A DNA stretch of 64,000 nt from IMG/VR virus record IMGVR_UViG_3300028883_000036, positions 32,001-96,000 of that record; one strand, given 5' to 3'. Numbering within the stretch: the first letter of the stretch is position 1; the number at the start of each line of letters is the position of its first letter. Below are positions 57,095 through 64,000 of the stretch, one piece after another. Origin of the DNA: a virus. The notes beneath the pieces were generated by a model. It saw nothing but the letters and a program-made list of their open reading frames with translations. It searched no databases and was not told where the DNA came from. The translations under genes were made by a program, and so were the position numbers.

Positions 57095-57544
57095 TCATTT
57101 ATTATTCCTAAATAAATCCTTTTCTGTTAATATTATAAATTCATAACCAAGTTTTTTACAATACATTTTTGCTGCTTTAAATTTTGCTTGATTAGTAAGA
57201 AATGTAGTTTCTCTCATCATCATTGTTTTTTTACTTTTCCCACCTTTTTTTCTTGGCATTCTTAAATCTTTTTCTGGTTTTACTTCTATAATAAACTTCT
57301 TTCTATTTTTAAACATTACATAAAAATCAGGATAATATATTCTATTTTTACCTTTAAGACCATCAAAATAAGGTATTCTATGTCCCTCACTTGACCATTC
57401 TAAAACTTGTTTGTTATAATCAAGCCACTGACATACTTTATATTCCCATGAAGATCTACATACTATTGGATATGTTCCACAATATTTTTCAGTATATTCT
57501 GGTATATATTCACGTTCATTTTTATTTCTTTTGTATTTCTTCAT
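57095..57544 (-). CDS. gp4: T4 gp4-like head completion nuclease (TnsA-like)
   Basis: RSSWE, WSSE, IPY, YYPDF, IEVKP, NQAKF.AA and ILTEKDL motifs. Confidence 0.85.
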   Translation of the reverse strand: MKKYKRNKNEREYIPEYTEKYCGTYPIVCRSSWEYKVCQWLDYNKQVLEWSSEGHRIPYFDGLKGKNRIYYPDFYVMFKNRKKFIIEVKPEKDLRMPRKKGGKSKKTMMMRETTFLTNQAKFKAAKMYCKKLGYEFIILTEKDLFRNNK

Positions 57545-57970
57545 CTACATAAATTTTCTAATTCTCTTTCCTCTTGCAGTTTTACCTTGAGATACTTTTC
57601 TTTTCTTCATTCTATTCCATTGTTTATATTTAGTGGTTCTTCTGAATTTTTTAGCTTTCAATTTTAAAGCTGCTCTATTCCTTCTATATTCCATTCTTCT
57701 TTTTCTTTTATCAGAAGGTTTGATTTTAACTTTTCTTGCTGTTACAGCTTCTTCAACATCATCATCAAAAATATTATCAATGTTATCATCTGCAATTTGA
57801 TCAATTATTTCTGTCAATTCTTCAACTTGATCTTCAGAAAGATTATCAGTATTAAGATTAATAATAAATTCCATCATTTTATTCATCATTGAAACATCTT
57901 CTTCAGGATAGTATTCATCAGAATCTTTATCATTTAGGTAATCTTCAAGTTTTTTCTGAATATCACTCAT
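57545..57970 (-). CDS. Acidic N-terminus / basic C-terminus putative prohead core protein (paralog of 58303..58773)
   Basis: KMMEFIINLNTDNLSEDQVEE and a Lys/Arg-rich tail. Confidence 0.55.
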   Translation of the reverse strand: MSDIQKKLEDYLNDKDSDEYYPEEDVSMMNKMMEFIINLNTDNLSEDQVEELTEIIDQIADDNIDNIFDDDVEEAVTARKVKIKPSDKRKRRMEYRRNRAALKLKAKKFRRTTKYKQWNRMKKRKVSQGKTARGKRIRKFM

Positions 57971-57994
57971 TAGTTTATCTCCTTTTTTTAAATA

Positions 57995-58258
57995 TTAATC
58001 ATCATATCCATATACCTTCCCACCTTTTTTCTTCTTTGTTTCTCCTGATGCATTCCATTTTTTATCTACCTCATTAAAAAAATCATCTTGTTTATTTTTG
58101 GGAAGATCTTTATAGCTTTTTACTTTCCATTTCTTTAACATTTTTTTAAAGAACTCATCATATTCTTTACCACCAACTTTTCTTTTAGCTTCTAATACTC
58201 TATCTAACCTATTTTCTATTTTATCAATTTGTGATTCAATTTTATCTATAATTCTCAT
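57995..58258 (-). CDS. Hypothetical protein (possible internal protein)
   Basis: AGGAG RBS; YDEFFKKMLKKW ... FFNEVDKKW. Confidence 0.55.
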   Translation of the reverse strand: MRIIDKIESQIDKIENRLDRVLEAKRKVGGKEYDEFFKKMLKKWKVKSYKDLPKNKQDDFFNEVDKKWNASGETKKKKGGKVYGYDD

Positions 58259-58302
58259 TATCTATTCTCCTATTATTTTAAAATAGTTACAGAAATTTTC
58301 TT

Positions 58303-58773
58303 TTAGTTATTTCTATCACTTCTCTTTCTTACATGATATTTAACTTTTCTTCTTCCTGTAGATGTTCTTCCTTGACTTTCTAATCTTTCTTTAGTTCTTA
58401 ATCTTTTCCTACCTTCAGAACTTCTTTTTAATCTTTCTTTCCTTTTTTTAATTTGTGTTTTATTTGTACTATACCATTTTTTTGATGCTTGATTTTTAGT
58501 TGAAGTTGACATTCTAGCAAGTTTAGGATTTCCTTCTTCCTGTATATCTTCAACTTCAACTTCAAGTTTTTCTATCATATCTATTACTTCTTCAATTTGA
58601 GAATCAGTTAATTTATCTGGTTCAAGATTAATTATAAAATTTGCCATTTTTGAAAATATTTTTTCATCAAATGAAAAACTAGTATCCACCTTAGTCTTTC
58701 CTTTAGGTAATATATTATTCTCTTGTTCAAGAATATCATCTATCTTATCAAATAAATTCATATCTAACCCCAA
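58303..58773 (-). CDS. Acidic N-terminus / basic C-terminus putative prohead core protein (paralog of 57545..57970)
   Basis: KMANFIINLEPDKLTDSQIEE and a Lys/Arg-rich tail. Confidence 0.55.
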   Translation of the reverse strand: MGLDMNLFDKIDDILEQENNILPKGKTKVDTSFSFDEKIFSKMANFIINLEPDKLTDSQIEEVIDMIEKLEVEVEDIQEEGNPKLARMSTSTKNQASKKWYSTNKTQIKKRKERLKRSSEGRKRLRTKERLESQGRTSTGRRKVKYHVRKRSDRNN

Positions 58774-59477
58774 AAATAATCAAAAAAATCTTCTTCATCG
58801 ACTTTAGCAAGTCTCATAAATGTATCAGCTACATTCATATCAATAACCTTTTTCTTAACTGAAGATTCACATTTATTCATTTTCTGTTTCATATTTTTTA
58901 ACCAAAATGACATTTCTCTAAATGCAGTATCTTCATTTGATTCACTTACCATTTCTAATGCTTCTTTTACAGGACTTTTTTTCTTTTTATCTTTCTTTTT
59001 CTTATCACCTTTTTTAGCAACCTTTAATTCATATTCATCACCATCATCTTCATCTTCTTCAGGTGGTAATTCTTCTTCAGGTGGTGCTTCTTCATCAGTA
59101 GGTGGTGGTCCATTTCCTTGCCCATCTAATACATCTCTTACTCTTGATTCTTGTTTCTCAAATGCAGGTAAAACTTGACCCTTTCTATCAACAGCATTAA
59201 CAATAGCTCTTAATGCCATTATAAATTCAGAATATTCTTTAGACATATCAGCTAAAAGTTGATGAGCTTTTTTAACAAACATTGGATTATCTTCAACAGC
59301 TATAATTTGATCTTCTAAGCTATCAATAAATTCTTCAATTCTATCATCCAATTCATGAAGCTTATTAAGCATTTTTTTATTTTTACCATTTTTTTTAGTA
59401 TCGTCATTCTTTTTTTTAGTATCATTATTTTTTTTCTTAACTGCTTCATTTAAAATTTTTCTAAGATGTTCTCCCAT
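58764..59477 (-). CDS. Hypothetical charged protein (possible core/scaffold-like)
   Basis: MGEHLRKILNEA leader and a Pro/Glu-rich segment. Confidence 0.55.
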   Translation of the reverse strand: MGEHLRKILNEAVKKKNNDTKKKNDDTKKNGKNKKMLNKLHELDDRIEEFIDSLEDQIIAVEDNPMFVKKAHQLLADMSKEYSEFIMALRAIVNAVDRKGQVLPAFEKQESRVRDVLDGQGNGPPPTDEEAPPEEELPPEEDEDDGDEYELKVAKKGDKKKKDKKKKSPVKEALEMVSESNEDTAFREMSFWLKNMKQKMNKCESSVKKKVIDMNVADTFMRLAKVDEEDFFDYFWG

Positions 59478-59479
59478 TA

Positions 59480-59779
59480 TTATCTCCTTTCCATTTCTTC
59501 AGCATCCTTATTAATAGATTCTAAATGCTTTGAAATAGAATCATCCATTTTTTCATATGCTATTGATATTGAATCTCTCATCTTTTTATATTTAGGATTT
59601 ACAACTTTTTTTCCTTGCATCATCAATCCCATAGCTTTCATATAATACTGACTAAATTCATTAAATGCATTTCTCAATGAATATACTCCTTCTCTATACA
59701 TTTGAATTTTCTTATCATCACTTGATTCATAAATTTTATCATCAATTAAATATTTTTCAATTTTCCTCATATTCATCAC
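59480..59779 (-). CDS. Putative head internal protein
   Basis: RKIEKYLIDD leader. Confidence 0.5.
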   Translation of the reverse strand: MMNMRKIEKYLIDDKIYESSDDKKIQMYREGVYSLRNAFNEFSQYYMKAMGLMMQGKKVVNPKYKKMRDSISIAYEKMDDSISKHLESINKDAEEMERR

Positions 59780-59982
59780 ATAATCCCCCCATCAATTAAT
59801 TTCATTACTTGTTCTCTTATATCTTTATCCAATATAGAAAGAATTTTATCTTTATCATTAGATTTTTTAATAATTTCAATTATATCTTCTAAATCTCTAC
59901 CCATATTTAAAGATAAAGAAATAGCATCTTTTTTTTCTTGTATTGATAAATATCCATCAATTTTTTCTAAAAGTAATTTCAT
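59776..59982 (-). CDS. Hypothetical protein
   Basis: Directly downstream of a late promoter. Confidence 0.5.
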   Translation of the reverse strand: MKLLLEKIDGYLSIQEKKDAISLSLNMGRDLEDIIEIIKKSNDKDKILSILDKDIREQVMKLIDGGIM

Positions 59983-59990
59983 ATCACTAA

Positions 59991-59998
59991 TATTTATA
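59991..59998 (-). promoter_or_regulatory. T4-type late promoter TATAAATA
   Basis: At the head of the minus-strand late operon. Confidence 0.65.
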
Positions 59999-60045
59999 TT
60001 TTTTTATCTAATTGAAATCATATTTTGTATTTTTTTCTATTTTTT

Positions 60046-60053
60046 TATAAATA
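60046..60053 (+). promoter_or_regulatory. T4-type late promoter TATAAATA (divergent)
   Basis: Upstream of the plus-strand lysis-like operon. Confidence 0.6.
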
Positions 60054-60145
60054 TATCTTAGAATAAAAAATCATATTTTAATAAAAAATAGAAAAAAAAT
60101 TCTATACATATGATATGATTGTAATAAATAAAATAAGGAGAAAAA

Positions 60146-60541
60146 ATGAGCAACGATCATGATTTATTAATTGAAGTAAAAACAGCATTTGATACTAAAA
60201 TGAGTTCTTTATGTTCAACTATAACTGAATTGAAAGCAGATATAAAAGAATTAAAAAATAAACCATATCCATGTATAGAACAATCAGATAGATGTAACGA
60301 TAAATTTGAAGAAATAAATAAAAAAATGGATAATAGACCTAAATGGAACCAAATAGTAACTATACTTCTTATTTTAGTTGGAATAACATCAGGAGTAATA
60401 GGATTTAATTTTAATCAAGATATAAATAGAGATGAAAAAATTAATATAGTAACAGAAAAAGTTATTAAAAATGAACATGCAATAAAGTATTTAAATACCT
60501 TTAATGGAATAACTGATACTACTAAAAAAATAAAACAATAA
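60146..60541 (+). CDS. Coiled-coil plus single-TM membrane protein (lysis-associated?)
   Basis: AAGGAG RBS; TM segment IVTILLILVGITSGVIGF. Confidence 0.6.
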   Translation: MSNDHDLLIEVKTAFDTKMSSLCSTITELKADIKELKNKPYPCIEQSDRCNDKFEEINKKMDNRPKWNQIVTILLILVGITSGVIGFNFNQDINRDEKINIVTEKVIKNEHAIKYLNTFNGITDTTKKIKQ

Positions 60542-60550
60542 TGGCGAATT

Positions 60551-60979
60551 ATGTTAAAAAAAGTTTATTTGTTTAGAACTACAACCAGTAACCAAGGAAC
60601 AAAAGGTATATTAGCAACAGATGGATTTGATTGTAAAACATTAGAACTTCCTTGGAGAAATAATAAAAGAAACATATCATGTATACCTACTGGTGAATAT
60701 ATAGTTAAAATAAGACAATCTCCGAAATTTGGTAGAATATATTGGATTACTGATGTAAATGGAAGAAGTTGGATACTTATGCATAGTGGAAATGTTGCTG
60801 GTGATATATCAAAAGGATTCAGAACTCATGTAAATGGATGTATATTAGTAGGAAAACAATTTGGTGAATTATATGGACAACAAGCCATACTAAATTCAAG
60901 AATTACTTTAAGAAAATTTATGAATTATATGAAATATGAACCATTCAAATTAAAAATAATTGGTGAACATATAATATAA
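60551..60979 (+). CDS. DUF5675-like (L,D-transpeptidase-fold) putative endolysin
   Basis: TLELPW, SCIPTGEY, SPKFG, ILMHSGN and GCILVG motifs. Confidence 0.75.
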   Translation: MLKKVYLFRTTTSNQGTKGILATDGFDCKTLELPWRNNKRNISCIPTGEYIVKIRQSPKFGRIYWITDVNGRSWILMHSGNVAGDISKGFRTHVNGCILVGKQFGELYGQQAILNSRITLRKFMNYMKYEPFKLKIIGEHII

Positions 60980-60989
60980 GGAGAATATC

Positions 60990-61643
60990 ATGTTAATAGA
61001 AACTATACTTGGCGGTGTGACAGGAATTATAGGTAATGTTGTTGGTGCATTTTTCAAACATAAACAAGCAAAAATAGAACTTGAAACAAAAAAATTAGAA
61101 TTCAGTCATGAAGCTAAAATGGTAGAACTTGAAACCAAAGCAATGATTTTAGAAGCAAAAGCTAATATAAAAATTACTCAAGCACAAGCAGAAGGAGCAA
61201 TTGAATTAGAAGATGCCAAAGCTTATATAGAATCTCAAAAAGAAGGAAACAAATCATTATTTAATAATAAATGGATTGATTCTTTATTAACTGTAGAAAA
61301 TAAATGGGCAAAAATAATTACTATTCCAGTAGCAAGTATAATAGCTATCCTATTTGGGTTTGTTGATTTTTTAAGAGGATTGATTAGACCAGCATTAACA
61401 ATTTATCTATGTGGTATAACTACATGGATTACATGGATGGCATGGAAAATAATGAATTTAGAAGGACTAACCATTACTGCATTACAAGCAACAAATATAT
61501 TTAATGATGTAACAAGCATAGTAACTTATCTTACTATTTCTTGTGTTACTTGGTGGTTCGGTGATAGAAGAATGTCAAAATCTATAATGGAAATAAAAGG
61601 ATTTGATGCAAAAAAACTAGATAATGAAATAAATATAAAATAG
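60990..61643 (+). CDS. Putative holin (3TM/GTA-holin-like)
   Basis: LRGLIRPALT, several TM segments and WWFGDR; follows the putative endolysin. Confidence 0.7.
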   Translation: MLIETILGGVTGIIGNVVGAFFKHKQAKIELETKKLEFSHEAKMVELETKAMILEAKANIKITQAQAEGAIELEDAKAYIESQKEGNKSLFNNKWIDSLLTVENKWAKIITIPVASIIAILFGFVDFLRGLIRPALTIYLCGITTWITWMAWKIMNLEGLTITALQATNIFNDVTSIVTYLTISCVTWWFGDRRMSKSIMEIKGFDAKKLDNEINIK

Positions 61644-61654
61644 AGGAATAAAAT

Positions 61655-62026
61655 ATGAATTTAATAGATAAATACTTAGGAGAAGGATATTCACAAAATA
61701 CACCATCAGAAATAATAACAGCTATACAAAGAAAAGGGAAAAAAATAGCAAATGATCCCTTTGATATTAATAAAGCATATTTTAATTTAGATGGAACTGT
61801 ATATAAAGCAGGAGTTGGTAAAGGTGTTGTCAATATGGGAGACATAAAAAGTTTTATTAAAAAGGTAAAAACTGGAAAATTAAAAGCTAAATTAGTTGAA
61901 GGTAAAACATCATCAACACAAATGCAATGCATGGAATGTGGTCATAAATTCAAAAAGAAATTAGGAAGAAATACATTTGAAGTGAAATGTCCGAAGTGTA
62001 AAGGATATGATACTGAACCAGTATAA
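61655..62026 (+). CDS. Putative internal protein with C-terminal zinc ribbon
   Basis: MNLIDKYLGEG leader; CMECGHKF ... KCPKC. Confidence 0.6.
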   Translation: MNLIDKYLGEGYSQNTPSEIITAIQRKGKKIANDPFDINKAYFNLDGTVYKAGVGKGVVNMGDIKSFIKKVKTGKLKAKLVEGKTSSTQMQCMECGHKFKKKLGRNTFEVKCPKCKGYDTEPV

Positions 62027-62039
62027 TAGGAGATTAAAT

Positions 62040-62234
62040 ATGAATAAAATAGAAAAATACTTAAATGAAGGTAAAAATGATTATATTGTTACTTCTTATG
62101 GAACTATAATCAATATAAAAAATGGATATAAATTTGCTGATGAAAATGAATTAACTGAAATACAAAAAAAATTCGGTAAAATTGCTAAAGAATGTAAAAT
62201 AAAAATAGGAAGAATAGATATCACACCAAAATAG
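62040..62234 (+). CDS. Putative head internal protein (start revised to 62040)
   Basis: AGGAG RBS before MNKIEKYLNEG. Confidence 0.55.
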   Translation: MNKIEKYLNEGKNDYIVTSYGTIINIKNGYKFADENELTEIQKKFGKIAKECKIKIGRIDITPK

Positions 62235-62242
62235 GAGAAACA

Positions 62243-62608
62243 ATGAGATATTTCAGATATTTAACAGAAGAAAATGTTATATCAAAAGCATTAAATCTTC
62301 CAGAACCTAAAGTTGGTGGTGATTATCCCCCTGAAAAGGTTAAAAGATATATAAAAATAATTGAAGATGCTTTAGCAGCAATGGCAAATAAAGAAGAAAG
62401 TGAATCTAATGATGCTATTGTATCTGATTTAAGAGATAAAAAAAGTAAATGGAAAAATGTAAATAAAGAAACAAAACCAACTAAAACTAAATTGGAAGTT
62501 CCCCCTGATCAAGAAGAAGAACCACCACCTGAACAGGAAGAACCACCACAAAAAAAAGAAGAACCAAAAGAAAGTAAAATTGAGAAAATGTTTAGAAAAA
62601 TGCTCTAA
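62243..62608 (+). CDS. Putative head internal protein
   Basis: AGGAG RBS; MRYFRYLTEE leader; Pro/Glu-rich tail. Confidence 0.55.
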   Translation: MRYFRYLTEENVISKALNLPEPKVGGDYPPEKVKRYIKIIEDALAAMANKEESESNDAIVSDLRDKKSKWKNVNKETKPTKTKLEVPPDQEEEPPPEQEEPPQKKEEPKESKIEKMFRKML

Positions 62609-64000
62609 CACCACTCATATCACTATCTATAATTGCTTCTTTTCCTATTGGATTAAGAAGCAATCTTACTTTCTTAACAAAAAATTTATCAATCATTGTT
62701 TCTGAATCAAACTGAACAACATCATCAAATTCTTTGGGCCATTCATGAAAAGTAATTGTTTCTATATTATATGGATTCTTTTTAATATAGATAACTTTTG
62801 CCTTTAGACCTTCATGTATATCCTCATATTTATTTTCTATACCAAGTTCCTTCAATAAAAGTCTATAGCTATAAACCCCCTTAACATGCCAAGGAGTACC
62901 TTTTTTTGGAATACCGCCACCTAAATATTTCCTTATATTATTGATACCTATATTAGCTGCTAAATCTTCAGGAGTAAGTTGATTTAACTCTTTCTTATAC
63001 TTCCTCATAGCTTTCCCAATATCTTCATCATTTTTCTGCTTCATTATCATTTCCATAATAGATTTTAATCTTGGTCTAATAGCTTCAGCAGATTCAGACC
63101 TTACAATTTCAAGACCAGTTACTTTAATATCGTTCTTAGGAACACCTTCTTTATTCAATAACCAATAAGCATATTTCTTTTTCTTCACAAATAAAGCTGT
63201 TTTAGCAATAATCTCTTGTTTAAAAGCAATCTTAAAATCTTTTACTTGAGAATTATAATCTCTTAATTGAGTTTCATTAAATATTCTACTATCAATATAT
63301 TGCTCCATAAGAGCAGATATTTCTTTAATAAGTTCAATCTTTTCATCATCATCTATTTCTTCCCATAATGAACTATTAATATCTTTTATCCATTCACCTA
63401 ATCCAACAAACAATGAATCGGTATCTATATATTTCACAAAATCTTTTCTTTCAGAATTCCCTTCCCAAGTTGCTTGCAAAGAATCAAGTAAATCATTAAA
63501 ATTCCATTGAAATCCTTGATCATGTTCAAGAAGAAAATTACCATTCAATAAATCATTACAAAATGTTTGTCCTGATTTAATAGTATGTCTACCACAAGCT
63601 GTAATAGCTTCTGCTATATGAACATTAAAATATCTTGAATAAGGAACAGATAATATACCAAAAAAAGCATTCATCATAATTTTCAAAGCAAGTTGTAATG
63701 AATCAAGTTCTCTTTCTCTTTCTTTATATTTCTTTTGTTCAAGTCCTTCACATTTATTAGCTTTTAAACCATATTCCTTTCTCTTACCTTTTACTTCTTT
63801 ACGTTTAAAAAATACATTCTTTTCAACCTTGGCAACAACACCTTCTTTATTCGTAATAAATATAGAACCACATGGAGATATTGCAAATAATCCTTTTTTT
63901 AATGCAATATTAAATTTTCTAAGTGAATTTCCCTCAATAGAAATAAGTTTCCATTCTCCTTTTACTTCTTTAACAATTTTAAATTCAGGAAATTCCCTAT
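62592..64000 (-). CDS. gp43: Family B DNA polymerase (gp43-like), C-terminal part; 5' end lies beyond the window
   Basis: QLALKIMMNAFFG (motif B), YIDTDS (motif C), KKKYA and GLEIVRS; the frame stays open upstream of 63686. Confidence 0.92.
   Translation of the reverse strand, partial: REFPEFKIVKEVKGEWKLISIEGNSLRKFNIALKKGLFAISPCGSIFITNKEGVVAKVEKNVFFKRKEVKGKRKEYGLKANKCEGLEQKKYKERERELDSLQLALKIMMNAFFGILSVPYSRYFNVHIAEAITACGRHTIKSGQTFCNDLLNGNFLLEHDQGFQWNFNDLLDSLQATWEGNSERKDFVKYIDTDSLFVGLGEWIKDINSSLWEEIDDDEKIELIKEISALMEQYIDSRIFNETQLRDYNSQVKDFKIAFKQEIIAKTALFVKKKKYAYWLLNKEGVPKNDIKVTGLEIVRSESAEAIRPRLKSIMEMIMKQKNDEDIGKAMRKYKKELNQLTPEDLAANIGINNIRKYLGGGIPKKGTPWHVKGVYSYRLLLKELGIENKYEDIHEGLKAKVIYIKKNPYNIETITFHEWPKEFDDVVQFDSETMIDKFFVKKVRLLLNPIGKEAIIDSDMSGVRAFF

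Noticed and set aside
4843-63686. Short ORFs antisense to well-supported genes (e.g. 4843, 5927, 7037, 9770, 16459, 30408, 46673, 51386, 61582, 62429)
   Set aside because: They are Phe/Ile/Leu-rich antisense shadows typical of AT-rich coding DNA.
1-64000. Stop-codon reassignment, suggested by a large phage carrying a release-factor-like gene
   Set aside because: Core genes are full length in the standard code; TAA, TAG and TGA all end genes at tight junctions; the GGQ protein has no codon-recognition domain.

Overview
This very AT-rich window (roughly a quarter G+C by eye) comes from a large T4-like myovirus. It uses the standard genetic code and most genes are on the minus strand. Recognisable T4-type core genes are gp55 late sigma, a single-ORF gp47-gp46 (Mre11-Rad50) fusion, UvsX, the 3' part of a family B DNA polymerase, baseplate gp6/gp25/gp5/gp53/hub, and gp2- and gp4-like genes. 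TATAAATA late-promoter boxes are also present. Three things stand out. (1) A ~21 kb glycan-building island (2.1-22.9 kb) encodes UDP-sulfoquinovose synthase SqdB, four sulfotransferases, many glycosyltransferases, methyl- and acetyltransferases, a PIG-L deacetylase and WbqC. It is accompanied by at least seven genes with long poly-serine tracts, including an unannotated 39-aa poly-Ser micro-protein, with further glycosyltransferases interleaved among them. This suggests a phage-encoded mucin/proteoglycan-like sulfated virion glycocalyx. (2) About 15 proteins share an N-terminal M-x(3-6)-[KR]-Y-L-x-E type leader resembling the T4 capsid-targeting/prohead-protease signal. They include a CCA-adding/HD enzyme, a ParB-like protein and an unannotated ArfA-like basic peptide, suggesting a packaged, injected translation-repair or anti-defence cargo. 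(3) Several smaller oddities: a LAGLIDADG-dUTPase fusion, a GGQ peptidyl-tRNA hydrolase domain protein, and a stand-alone sigma70-driven acidic 51-aa ORF. I saw no tRNA, rRNA or CRISPR array. All product calls come from motif recognition by eye; no database searches were run.
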